64,000 nt of DNA from a virus: the IMG/VR virus record IMGVR_UViG_3300025122_005335, positions 1 to 64,000 of that record, one strand, 5' to 3'. The position numbers and the translations under genes are program-made. Positions 1 through 8,885 of this stretch are shown here, piece after piece. A model generated the notes under the pieces. That model was not told the origin of the DNA. It made no database searches and saw only the letters and a program-made list of their open reading frames with translations. Numbering within the stretch: the first letter of the stretch is position 1; the number at the start of each line of letters is the position of its first letter.

Positions 1-123
1 TCTTGGACTATCCCCTTTTCCAGCAGACCTGTTAACAGGGGTAACATTTTTAGTTTTGGTTGTTGCTTTTTTGCTGGTAACCGCGGTTTTGTTGACTTTT
101 GAATAAGGAATCTTATCGCTCAT
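1..123 (-). CDS. Hypothetical basic protein, truncated by window edge
   Basis: ATG at 123 (- strand) reads MSDKIPYSKVNKTAVTSKK...AGKGDSPR and is open to the edge; TTGATT...TATAAT lies just upstream. Confidence 0.6.
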   Translation of the reverse strand, partial: MSDKIPYSKVNKTAVTSKKATTKTKNVTPVNRSAGKGDSPR

Positions 124-227
124 ATATTGTTATTATAATATTTTACCCCTAGAATCAAGTGAATACATATAACCCATTAAAAAATAAGAGAGAACTAAGG
201 AGAGAAGCCGCATTTACCTGTATTAAA

Positions 228-304
228 TGGTACTCCAGACTGGACTCGAACCAGTAACCCTCTGCTTAGAAGGCAGATGCTCTATCCAATTGAGCTACTG
301 GAGC
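228..304 (-). tRNA. tRNA-Arg(UCU)
   Basis: Reverse complement GCTCCAG...TCTGC-CTTCTAA-GCAGA...GGTTCGAGTCC...CTGGAGT-ACCA; cloverleaf with encoded CCA. Confidence 0.96.
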
Positions 305-315
305 TTCATTTAAAA

Positions 316-401
316 TGGTACCGATGGAGGGACTTGAACCCACACTTCCTAACGGAAAAGAGATTTTAAGTCTCTCGTGTCTACCATTCCACCACATCGG
401 C
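316..401 (-). tRNA. tRNA-Leu(UAA)
   Basis: Reverse complement GCCGATG...AGAGA-CTTAAAA-TCTCT, long variable arm, GGTTCAAGTCC, CATCGGT-ACCA. Confidence 0.96.
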
Positions 402-406
402 AAATT

Positions 407-637
407 CTAATCGTTTTGATTTTCAAATATATCTGCTTCCCCTATCTCAATGAAGTATAAAAGTCTTAATATTTTTTCGTTTCCAAACTGATTAAACTCC
501 TCCAGGGGGGTTTCTTTGTTGAAATAACTATGCGGTGTAGTTAAAAATTTTTCTACATATTCATCATCGATTACTGAGCAACACTCATTTACCAAATTAG
601 TAAATTGTATAAGATTTTTTTCTTTAATTTTAAGCAT
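407..637 (-). CDS. Xre/MbcA/ParS antitoxin C-terminal (toxin-binding)-like domain protein
   Basis: FLTTPHSYFNKETPLEEFNQFGNEKILRLLYFIEIG fits the WLxxPxxxLxGxxPLxxxxxxGxxxVxxLLxxIExG pattern of the DUF2384 / Xre_MbcA_ParS_C family. Confidence 0.6.
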   Translation of the reverse strand: MLKIKEKNLIQFTNLVNECCSVIDDEYVEKFLTTPHSYFNKETPLEEFNQFGNEKILRLLYFIEIGEADIFENQND

Positions 638-1430
638 TGATTTTTTTAACTAAATCTTCTATACCTTCTTCATTGGTGCGTGAAAAACAAGCAACTACGC
701 CTCTTTTTTGTACAACCTGACTGGCCATATCATTAGCAAAAAATATTGATTCCATTATACAGCCGGTTTCAAGATAGTGAAACACTAAAGCAGCTAAAAA
801 AGAATCTCCAGCACCACATAAGTCAAACACTTCAACTTGGTCTACTAAATAAACTGCACCTTTCCATCTACACCCATCTTTACCAAGTGTAACAATAAGT
901 TTTTCTTCCCAATCTTTTTCGTTTATTTTACCTTTTAAATCATTATATTCAGGTTCATTTATTTTAATTATTTTTGCTTTTTTGCAAAAATCTCCTAATA
1001 CTTTTTTTGTATCAATGAAAACGTTAGGGTTTTTTTCGCAACAAAATTGAATTAGTTCTTCAGTAACAAACCCTTTACAATAATCTGATATAACAATTGC
1101 ATCCCACTCCCCCGGTTCAAAATCATAGTTTATTACTTCAGGACTAGATCCAAAAGGTTCCGCCTTATCCCCTTCATCTACTCTTAAAAATGTATGGTTG
1201 GTTTGTTCATCAACATATCTAATTTTTGTCATTTCAGTTTCATTGAACATACAGTCGGCATCTAAACCTAATGATTTAAAATTCCTAACTACATTCCCAG
1301 CCATACCACTATCAGTAATTGTTTTGGTAGGGGAAAAAACCGGGGCTGGTACGTCCGGACACAACCGGTTTACTTTCCCGTAAATAAAAACATCCGTACA
1401 ATTATCTCCTATTACTAAAACTCGTTTCAT
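630..1430 (-). CDS. PfkB-family sugar kinase, RfaE/HldE kinase-domain-like (heptose-7-phosphate kinase)
   Basis: VLVIGD, RLCPDVPAPV, GMAGNV, ISDYCKG, KINEPE and DLCGAGDSF motifs. Confidence 0.85.
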   Translation of the reverse strand: MKRVLVIGDNCTDVFIYGKVNRLCPDVPAPVFSPTKTITDSGMAGNVVRNFKSLGLDADCMFNETEMTKIRYVDEQTNHTFLRVDEGDKAEPFGSSPEVINYDFEPGEWDAIVISDYCKGFVTEELIQFCCEKNPNVFIDTKKVLGDFCKKAKIIKINEPEYNDLKGKINEKDWEEKLIVTLGKDGCRWKGAVYLVDQVEVFDLCGAGDSFLAALVFHYLETGCIMESIFFANDMASQVVQKRGVVACFSRTNEEGIEDLVKKINA

Positions 1431-2290
1431 TAAAAATAACTTTGTTTAATTTTTCGTTTATATGAACATTCAGGCATATCGTTAACAATTTTTTCAAATT
1501 GTGGTTGTGTTATATTTCCAGCTTTATAACTTTCATACTCAATACACCCAACCATGCAATTTGTTCTATCTTGTATTGATTTAATAAACATAGTAGCAGC
1601 GAACATTTCATCTGGGTCGCCAGTATCGAACCATGCATATTTACTCTCATGTTCATTAAACCACAAAGTGCCATCGTCCATGTAACTGAGATTTAAATCA
1701 GTTATTTCTAATTCGCCTCTGTCAGATTGTTTCAATGCTAGCGCTCTTTCTCCTGCAGTATTGTCATAAAAATAAATACCAGTTACTGCTAAATTAGAAT
1801 TTGTATGTTTGGGTTTTTCTTCTATAGATATAATTTCGCTAATTTTTGTCAGTTTATTTTCTTCAACACACACTACCCCATATAGATGAGGATCTTTGAC
1901 TTTATAACCTGTTATACATGCTCCATACTCTACCGGCCAAGGGGTCTTTTTTATACCTGTAAATAAGTTGTCTCCTAAAATTAAACAAACGTCATTATCG
2001 CCTTGCCATTCTTCTGCTATAATTAACGCTTCTGCTATACCAGCTGGTTTTTTTTGAATTCTAAATGTAAAATTAATACCCAGATATTCTTTACCCAATA
2101 AATCTAAAATATGATTATATGCTACCCCATTTGTTATAATCATAATTTCTTTAATTCCCAATTTTATTAGGGTTGAAAGAGGATAATAAATTGTAGGTTT
2201 GTCGTAAATTGGGAGAAGTTGTTTAGATACAACTTTTGTGCTTGGATAAACTCTTGTCCCTGAACCCCCAGCTAAAATTATACCTTTCAT
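1430..2290 (-). CDS. rmlA: Glucose-1-phosphate thymidylyltransferase
   Basis: MKGIILAGGSGTR, SKQLLPIYDKP, LILGDN, EEKP, RGELEITD, WFDTG. Confidence 0.95.
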   Translation of the reverse strand: MKGIILAGGSGTRVYPSTKVVSKQLLPIYDKPTIYYPLSTLIKLGIKEIMIITNGVAYNHILDLLGKEYLGINFTFRIQKKPAGIAEALIIAEEWQGDNDVCLILGDNLFTGIKKTPWPVEYGACITGYKVKDPHLYGVVCVEENKLTKISEIISIEEKPKHTNSNLAVTGIYFYDNTAGERALALKQSDRGELEITDLNLSYMDDGTLWFNEHESKYAWFDTGDPDEMFAATMFIKSIQDRTNCMVGCIEYESYKAGNITQPQFEKIVNDMPECSYKRKIKQSYF

Positions 2291-2490
2291 TTTTCTTCTT
2301 CTGTTTCTTCTTTAGGTTCTTCTTTATCTCGAGCTTTAATTTTTTCTATGAGAAATTCAACCAATTGTAGTCGAGCTGCTTCTGAGGCAAAATTTATTTG
2401 TGGGTTGTTGTCGTTATATTCTTCTAATATCTTTATTAACGTAGAAGTTGTATCAAACCATTGAGCAAGTTCTTTATTGGTTATTGTCAT
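2287..2490 (-). CDS. Hypothetical protein
   Basis: 67-aa ORF overlapping the rmlA start; TATCAT 6 nt upstream of ATG. Confidence 0.6.
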   Translation of the reverse strand: MTITNKELAQWFDTTSTLIKILEEYNDNNPQINFASEAARLQLVEFLIEKIKARDKEEPKEETEEEK

Positions 2491-2513
2491 AAAACTATGA
2501 TATGGTTAAAGCC

Positions 2514-2596
2514 AAAAAAAACCATGCAGGCCCACCTATATAATAGCTACAAGTACCACCACATACATCGTAGCCCACCAAACAGCCTGCATGGTT
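2514..2596 (-). ncRNA. Candidate late small RNA (rod-like hairpin with U tail) containing an 18-codon ORF at 2536-2592
   Basis: Perfect 12-bp inverted repeat 2520-2531/2585-2596, inner stem with G.U pairs on the - strand, U-tract at 2514-2521, TAAATA at 2602-2607. Confidence 0.55.
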
Positions 2597-2600
2597 AAAG

Positions 2601-3296
2601 TTATTTATCACTGGACCAATTTTTACAATATCTTAAACTAGAAATTTTTTTCTTTTTATATGCAAGATCTTCCCATGTGTATCCGTATTTCCCATAATGC
2701 GTTAATTTTATAGTGCTATCTACATAAATTTCATACCCACATTGTTTCGCATATTTGCAAAAAGAAAAATCTTCTCCGAGATAATAATGTCTATCCCCTT
2801 CTTCCCACACGTTAGGTCTGAACCACGGATAGCTAGGGCAGTCAAAACTAGTATTACAAAGAGGTAGTTTTAATTCATCAACCATACGTGTGTATACGTC
2901 TCTTTTCGTGTATAAAAATCCAGTTGCTACACAATGTACTTCATACACACCCCCACCTTCTCCAAAAATAATTTCTTGGTCGTCGTATAAAGGATCAAAA
3001 GTCAATTCCGGGTGGCCTTTAAACGGGTAAACCCCTGCAATAATGTGTTTTTCACTATTTTGTAATTTTTTTATATCTTCTATTTCGAAATCCACATCAC
3101 CGTCTATCCATATTAATTCTTCAAAGTCTCTTTGATATATAGCGTCATAAGCCATTCTAGATCTACATTGATCAATAGCCGAATATCCGGGTGTTCGCCA
3201 CACTTCGTACCCCATTTTTTCTAATTCTCTGAGTTTGCAGTCAACATTAAAAACAATACCCCCATTACATGGTACTAATATTACTGTCTTACTCAT
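2601..3296 (-). CDS. GT-A fold glycosyltransferase (GT2-like); likely start MSKTV at 3296
   Basis: WIDGDV DxD motif, ATGFLY, GEDFSFC, LTHYG. Confidence 0.75.
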   Translation of the reverse strand: MSKTVILVPCNGGIVFNVDCKLRELEKMGYEVWRTPGYSAIDQCRSRMAYDAIYQRDFEELIWIDGDVDFEIEDIKKLQNSEKHIIAGVYPFKGHPELTFDPLYDDQEIIFGEGGGVYEVHCVATGFLYTKRDVYTRMVDELKLPLCNTSFDCPSYPWFRPNVWEEGDRHYYLGEDFSFCKYAKQCGYEIYVDSTIKLTHYGKYGYTWEDLAYKKKKISSLRYCKNWSSDK

Positions 3297-3321
3297 TGTC
3301 TTTTTACTTCCTTTTAGTATA

Positions 3322-4008
3322 TTATGTGGGTATAAGTTCATTTACGTAATGTTTATCATATAGGTAAAAAAATTTTTCTATTTGAATCGGGTGTTCGTAA
3401 TTAAGAAATTTGTTTGGGTTTATTTTAATGCCGCTTTTTTGCAAAATGTTTCCTATAGCGACATCTTCTATAGAGAATTTTTCGTACTTTTCTTTTCCTT
3501 TATAAGAAATTATAGTTTGTATTGATTTTTTACTAAAAATTACACACTCTCCTGAACAATACTGGTTTGGTAATTCACCTTGATATGCTTTTCTAATTTT
3601 ATAATTTTTTAAAGTACAAAATTTATTTCTAATTAACTCTTCATCGGTTATCAAAACCTTATTACCCACATAATCCCCGGAAATTTTGTGTTCTAAAAAG
3701 GTATCCACGTTATATAAAAATGTATCGTCATCTATTTTTAGAGCGTGAGTATAATCTTTGTTTATGATTTTTTTAAAAAAACCAAATAATTTTTTGTGTA
3801 CGTTGGAAATGTTGTCGGGTGTCTTAATATATACATCTGTATAAGATATCCCGTCTCTTTTACAGTGTACCATACGTGAAATGTTCCCACCATAGACGAA
3901 ATAAATATCCATGTTATCGGGAATATGTTTCAAATATGTATCTAAAGCTGCTAGTTTAAATCCTATATTATTTTCAAAGGTTAATATTGCTAAAGCGTAT
4001 TTCGTCAT
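3322..4008 (-). CDS. GT31/galactosyltransferase-like glycosyltransferase
   Basis: KIDDDTF, YCSGECVIFS and IEDVAIG motifs. Confidence 0.75.
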   Translation of the reverse strand: MTKYALAILTFENNIGFKLAALDTYLKHIPDNMDIYFVYGGNISRMVHCKRDGISYTDVYIKTPDNISNVHKKLFGFFKKIINKDYTHALKIDDDTFLYNVDTFLEHKISGDYVGNKVLITDEELIRNKFCTLKNYKIRKAYQGELPNQYCSGECVIFSKKSIQTIISYKGKEKYEKFSIEDVAIGNILQKSGIKINPNKFLNYEHPIQIEKFFYLYDKHYVNELIPT

Positions 4009-4885
4009 AGTTAATTTTGTTTTTTAAAAGGTCATATATGCTGCCTTTTTCTTTTGTTGGGTTGAAATTTGCAAACGTAAGTTTGGCAAAATTGAAATAG
4101 ACATTTAAAAATGTAAAAAGTTCTATTTCAGTAAAGATTCTATCATATTCGGATAAATAGTACTTTATTGCACCAATATACATTTGTTTTATTGAATGTG
4201 CCTTTCTTACAGTCAACCCTAACAAACCTGCAGATGCAGACCAATAGTCAATTTTTGTATCCCAAAATTTTTCAATGAATAATTCTGGTTCTATTCCAAC
4301 ATAAGGTAAACCTATCATAAAATTATTGGTTTTTTCGAATAATTTAAAAATATTTTTTCCTAAAGTTGGGTTAAAAATATCATTTTCGTTTTTAGGGTAG
4401 TAGTTATCCCAATTTTGTACTTTTATATCATGCCAAGTACCACCACACTCTTCGGGAATATAAGATTCGTTACTTAACCCGGCATCCATCCAGACAACTC
4501 TTTCGTATTTTAAACTAATAGCATCTAAAATATAAAATAGCTTTGCTGTTGTAAGCATAGGACTCCAACAGTAAACACCAGTTGGGTTTTTATCTATTAT
4601 TTTCTTACTATATTCAAATATTTCGTCGTAAAAGGGGTTAATATCTTTTGAAGTTTTATTAATAAATGTTGGTAAAGACTGTACTTTGTCTTTCAAAGCA
4701 TTAGTTATATCTTCTTCTACAGATTTGTTACAATAAATTAAAAGTTCTTTATCTAAATTTAAAAGACTTTTTATACCAGTAAAATAATGTTCCGGTATAA
4801 AATTTCTTGTTAATTTTGTGTCCTGACCTTCTGGTTGATAATTTTCAACCAATTCGACCGCGGTAACAATACAGTCTTTTAACAT
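3974..4885 (-). CDS. HtrL/YibB/WlaTC-like putative glycosyltransferase
   Basis: IVTA N-terminus, K-x-F-x-I/V motif, VWMDAG, FTEIE. Confidence 0.6.
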   Translation of the reverse strand: MLKDCIVTAVELVENYQPEGQDTKLTRNFIPEHYFTGIKSLLNLDKELLIYCNKSVEEDITNALKDKVQSLPTFINKTSKDINPFYDEIFEYSKKIIDKNPTGVYCWSPMLTTAKLFYILDAISLKYERVVWMDAGLSNESYIPEECGGTWHDIKVQNWDNYYPKNENDIFNPTLGKNIFKLFEKTNNFMIGLPYVGIEPELFIEKFWDTKIDYWSASAGLLGLTVRKAHSIKQMYIGAIKYYLSEYDRIFTEIELFTFLNVYFNFAKLTFANFNPTKEKGSIYDLLKNKINYDEIRFSNINL

Positions 4886-4921
4886 GAAAATATTGTAATA
4901 TATAATCTGTAAAAATCAAGG

Positions 4922-4945
4922 AAAAGGCGGCCCGTAGGCCGCCTT
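4922..4945 (-). terminator. Intrinsic terminator after hsp20
   Basis: AAGGCGGCC-cgta-GGCCGCCTT hairpin followed by a U run on the - strand. Confidence 0.8.
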
Positions 4946-4959
4946 GATAAACCTGATTA

Positions 4960-5379
4960 TTAGTCGACTTTAACGTCTATAACTTTATGTTCCTTCTCTT
5001 CTATTCGAGGAGCAGTTATAGCTAAGACACCATCGGAAAGTTTTGAAACGAATTTGTCTACATCAAAATCCGAAGGGTCCAATCGGAATGACCTTGTATA
5101 TGTTTCTTCTTTTGAACCAGTTTTAGAAGTAATGGTACGCTTAGCTTCAACATATGCAACGTTTGTATCCTCATTGTATGTAACCTTAAGGTCTTTTTTC
5201 TTCACACCCGGAAGATCAATCTCTACATGAAAGTTTTCTTTACTTTCATTGAAACGAATATTATCGTTAGAAAAAGATTCAGGTGTAAGAATGCGATCGA
5301 AATCATTAAAAATTTCGAATAATGGGCTGTACCGTCCCGCCCGTGGACTTGCTGTCAATTTAGTTAATAAGTTATTCAT
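4960..5379 (-). CDS. hsp20: Small heat-shock protein Hsp20
   Basis: VEIDLPGVKKKDLKV, YTRSFRL and LSDGVLAITAP alpha-crystallin motifs. Confidence 0.92.
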   Translation of the reverse strand: MNNLLTKLTASPRAGRYSPLFEIFNDFDRILTPESFSNDNIRFNESKENFHVEIDLPGVKKKDLKVTYNEDTNVAYVEAKRTITSKTGSKEETYTRSFRLDPSDFDVDKFVSKLSDGVLAITAPRIEEKEHKVIDVKVD

Positions 5380-5477
5380 GACAACAATATTTAATCACAC
5401 ATCCTCGAGAATTCAAGTGTTTTTCCCGCCAACCCACCTCCTTGAACCTATTGATTTATATCTCCTTCAAAATCTAT

Positions 5478-6047
5478 TTATATAAAATCGTATTTTATAA
5501 ATGTCTTATCTTGTTCATCTAGAAGATTTTCCATTTTATACGATTTACAATGCTTAAGAGTAAAACCCATATCTCTAAAAAGCATAGGTTGTAATACATA
5601 AGCGTAGTTATGTTTATTGTAAGTTAAGCGCACTTGACCATGCTTGTTAATAAACCGGAAACCTAATTTTTTATAAAATGGAATAGCGTCTTTATCACAA
5701 TACATTCTTAAAAATCTTGCAGATGAAAAAGAGTGCCTCCAGGTATGTTCTAATAGATCTTTTGCATGACCTTGTTTTCTATAATCTGTACTAGTAAAAA
5801 GTCTTTTAATGTGAAGATTATCTCCTATTACGTTATACGCGCACCCAGCTACAACATCACCTTTACCAAGATCTGATATTTTCATAATTACGTAGGCTCC
5901 TCGTTCATAATCCCACCATTGATTTTTATCCCAATAATCTAAAATATCATTCTGACAGTAGTCTTTTTCCCACCCAGACATTCTTTGTATTAATTCATTA
6001 AAGACAGTTCTTGTAGAACATAAAACATATTGATGATCTTTATCCAT
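5478..6047 (-). CDS. GNAT acetyltransferase; likely start MDKDHQ at 6047
   Basis: IKRLFTSTDYRKQGHAK motif A, AIPFYKKLGF motif B; TATAAT 7 nt upstream of 6047. Confidence 0.8.
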   Translation of the reverse strand: MDKDHQYVLCSTRTVFNELIQRMSGWEKDYCQNDILDYWDKNQWWDYERGAYVIMKISDLGKGDVVAGCAYNVIGDNLHIKRLFTSTDYRKQGHAKDLLEHTWRHSFSSARFLRMYCDKDAIPFYKKLGFRFINKHGQVRLTYNKHNYAYVLQPMLFRDMGFTLKHCKSYKMENLLDEQDKTFIKYDFI

Positions 6048-6072
6048 TCCGGTTATTATAAGATAAATCCGT

Positions 6073-7029
6073 TTATAGGTCAAGTAAAAAATTTTTAAAT
6101 GCTGCTCTTCTTTTTTTGTTAATGTGTAGGCAGTATTCGCGTTTTTTCATATCTATCTTGTCTTTTTTATGTTCTTGGATTTTTTCTTTTAATTCCTCTT
6201 CGTCAATAATAAATCCTTTTCTTAGAGGCCAAATGCCGCGCGCGGCTTCATGAAAATAATTAAATCTGTCGTCAAAGTCTACTTCTTTTACGTTTATAAA
6301 ATTTACCATATCAGGATCGATTAATTCTTCCCACATAGGGATTTTAGAGCATAGAATACTTTTTCCACAACTTAAAGATTCATACATATAGTGCCCGTGA
6401 CCTTCGTATAAAGAAGGGCATAAATGTAAATTATATGAATTTAGTATTTCATTAAGGTCCTCATCGCTAACATAATAATTAATATAATTGCATTTGGTCA
6501 AATGTGAAAATCTATTTGTACTATCAAGTACTGTAATATTTGGATTATCTATCAACATTTCTGTTCCTTTTTGAATTGAACAACCAGCAAAATGAAGTGT
6601 TTGGTTTTTTATTTTAGCTGGTCTATATCTGTCAATAGACCAAAAGGGTAAGACTATTACATTTTTAAGGTAAGGTGATAATAATTTTTTAGAATATTTC
6701 GATTTAACAATAACATAGTCATAGTAATTTTTACATTCTTTTAGATCTTCTAAATCGTTTTTACTTAACCATTCTTCATTTAGAATTAATATTTTCTTTT
6801 TTATATTGTCTGGTTTACCATGGACATTATTAAAAATACCTAAGTCTATAGATTCAGGTTGTTTAAAATCATATAAAAATCGCCCATTTTCATATTTTTT
6901 TTCATTAGTGTTTTGGCAATCTTGCATAATAACATCATATTGTTCTTTTATACAGTCAAATAGCAATTCACCATCTTTTGCATCCCCTGATCCGTTATGG
7001 TAGTAAAAGATTTTAGCTAATTTCTTCAC
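6073..7029 (-). CDS. GT-B (GT4-like) glycosyltransferase
   Basis: LHFAGxSxQKGT, CPSLYEGHGHYMYESLSCG (E-x7-E motif). Confidence 0.8.
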   Translation of the reverse strand: MKKLAKIFYYHNGSGDAKDGELLFDCIKEQYDVIMQDCQNTNEKKYENGRFLYDFKQPESIDLGIFNNVHGKPDNIKKKILILNEEWLSKNDLEDLKECKNYYDYVIVKSKYSKKLLSPYLKNVIVLPFWSIDRYRPAKIKNQTLHFAGCSIQKGTEMLIDNPNITVLDSTNRFSHLTKCNYINYYVSDEDLNEILNSYNLHLCPSLYEGHGHYMYESLSCGKSILCSKIPMWEELIDPDMVNFINVKEVDFDDRFNYFHEAARGIWPLRKGFIIDEEELKEKIQEHKKDKIDMKKREYCLHINKKRRAAFKNFLLDL

Positions 7030-8885
7030 TATGAAATCTCACAAGCCCCGCCAGCGCATGCTAATTCACCAGAAAGGACTGTATCATCAACTTTTTCTTT
7101 TACAAGAGTTAAGTCTACATTCTTTAAAGAACTAATTAATGCTTCATAAGTTTCTTTTGAGCAATCTTCAAAGGGGGCTTGTTTATATGATCCCCCTTCA
7201 TATGGTAATACAGATAACCCGTTAAATGAAGCTGTGTTTTCCCACATCCATTCACCCACATCTGTCCATTCGTGTTCTCTAATAGATATCGTTGCTGATA
7301 CATTGTGTTTGTTTGCACCTTTTCTATGACCACTTGATACCCATTCGTCAGTAATTTTTTTAATTCTAGTTAATAATTGTAAAGCTGATTCTGTTCTATA
7401 AATTGCACCGTCTGGTGCTCTTTGAGGTACACCAATGACGGCAGTGTCGTGTGGTCTAAAATATTCATCTTCTACTAGATCTCTATGATTTAGATGAAGG
7501 TAATCATAAAGTGCTTCGTTTTTACCGACACGAATTCTACGAATATAATGATCATTGTGCCATGCATGGATACCGGAAGAAGTACCCAATACTAGTGAAG
7601 TTGTACCTGCAGGTTTAACACAAGTGGTTCTTGCTGCTTCGTTTATTCCTAGAATTTTTGCAAGTCTTGAATTTTCTTTTTTGACTATTTCTGCTGTTGC
7701 TTTTAAATTTAAGCTAAGTACTGCTCCTGAACCTATACCCGTCATACTGACACCCAATAACGCATCTTTTTCTGTGTTTCTTTGCCATATAGGACGAAGA
7801 TAGTGAAAGTCTGTATATGAAGCCTGCAATGTACCGATAAATGCTGCTGCTCGAGCTCGTTCTTCGAGATCTTTTTGATCTTTTATATTACTTGCATTAA
7901 TTTCTGTGAGATTGCAGAATTGGTATGGTCTTAGCCCAATTTCACAACAAGGATTGGTACCCCAATCTTTATCATTTGAGAAATAAAATCCCGGTTCACC
8001 TGATCCAGAAGCTTCTATTCTCTTCCATAAGTTTAAAAAGTAATCTTTAGTAATTTTATGACGCATTAATACAGCTGAATTATTAGCTCTCCCTCTTTGT
8101 GCATTTTTTTCCCACCAATTACCTGCTTTACATGCAATCATTTCATCATCATCAGCAGAGAAGAGGGAAATCATAGCTGCTCTTCTTATACCACCCGCTA
8201 ATACTGCGTCAGCCATATGACACATGACATCATGACATTCAATTGACGTTAGTTTACTATTATCTTCTTTTTGTGATAAAATACCTTCTATTTTGACTAA
8301 ACATTCTCTTAATGGTTGAGGACCGGGAGCTTTACCACCCGATGTTACTAATACTGCTCCTTTAGGTCTAATATCACTATAGTCGAAACGAATTCTAGAT
8401 AACCCTTTGAAATAACATTCTAACAAAGCTTTTACTGCATCTGCCCAACCTTCAATTGAATCACCAATTAGGTACCTTCTTGTTCTTTTATCGTTTGGTT
8501 TGTTTATTTCAGGTAATTGTTCGCAATGATGTGTTTGAACCGAATAACCAACCCCTGTTCCTCCCAATAATAAGAACATTGCTTCACCAAATGAACGATA
8601 ATCGTCACAAGGTAAGTAGGCACAATTGAAAATTTTAGATGGGTTTCTATCAATAGGTGCACCTCCAAATTGAAGAGATCTCATAGAAGGTAATACCTTC
8701 TTGGCTGTCACTAGTTTATACACATCATTTATTTCATCTTTTAATTTAGGATACTTTTTAATGTGCATTTTTTTATTTCTCGAAACAATTTCATTCCATG
8801 TTTCACGTCTTTGGTGTTTTTCTAAATATTTTGCATATTTGTTATGTACTGTTATGTCTGAGAGTATTTTCGTTGAAATATCCAT
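7029..8885 (-). CDS. nrdJ: Class II (adenosylcobalamin-dependent) ribonucleoside-triphosphate reductase
   Basis: LPSMR, FNCAY, GGTGVG, TNPCCEI, CNLTE, VKPAGT and C-terminal ACAGGACEI. Confidence 0.93.
   Translation of the reverse strand: MDISTKILSDITVHNKYAKYLEKHQRRETWNEIVSRNKKMHIKKYPKLKDEINDVYKLVTAKKVLPSMRSLQFGGAPIDRNPSKIFNCAYLPCDDYRSFGEAMFLLLGGTGVGYSVQTHHCEQLPEINKPNDKRTRRYLIGDSIEGWADAVKALLECYFKGLSRIRFDYSDIRPKGAVLVTSGGKAPGPQPLRECLVKIEGILSQKEDNSKLTSIECHDVMCHMADAVLAGGIRRAAMISLFSADDDEMIACKAGNWWEKNAQRGRANNSAVLMRHKITKDYFLNLWKRIEASGSGEPGFYFSNDKDWGTNPCCEIGLRPYQFCNLTEINASNIKDQKDLEERARAAAFIGTLQASYTDFHYLRPIWQRNTEKDALLGVSMTGIGSGAVLSLNLKATAEIVKKENSRLAKILGINEAARTTCVKPAGTTSLVLGTSSGIHAWHNDHYIRRIRVGKNEALYDYLHLNHRDLVEDEYFRPHDTAVIGVPQRAPDGAIYRTESALQLLTRIKKITDEWVSSGHRKGANKHNVSATISIREHEWTDVGEWMWENTASFNGLSVLPYEGGSYKQAPFEDCSKETYEALISSLKNVDLTLVKEKVDDTVLSGELACAGGACEIS

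Noticed and set aside
133-213. 26-codon hydrophobic ORF MRLLSLVLSYFLMGYMYSLDSRGKIL on the - strand
   Set aside because: It lies in the tRNA trailer and overlaps the next promoter, with no promoter spacing support; may be chance.
2536-2538. TAG stop-codon reassignment
   Set aside because: Core genes are full length under the standard code, several end in TAG (gp17, gp45, gp3), and no suppressor tRNA is seen.
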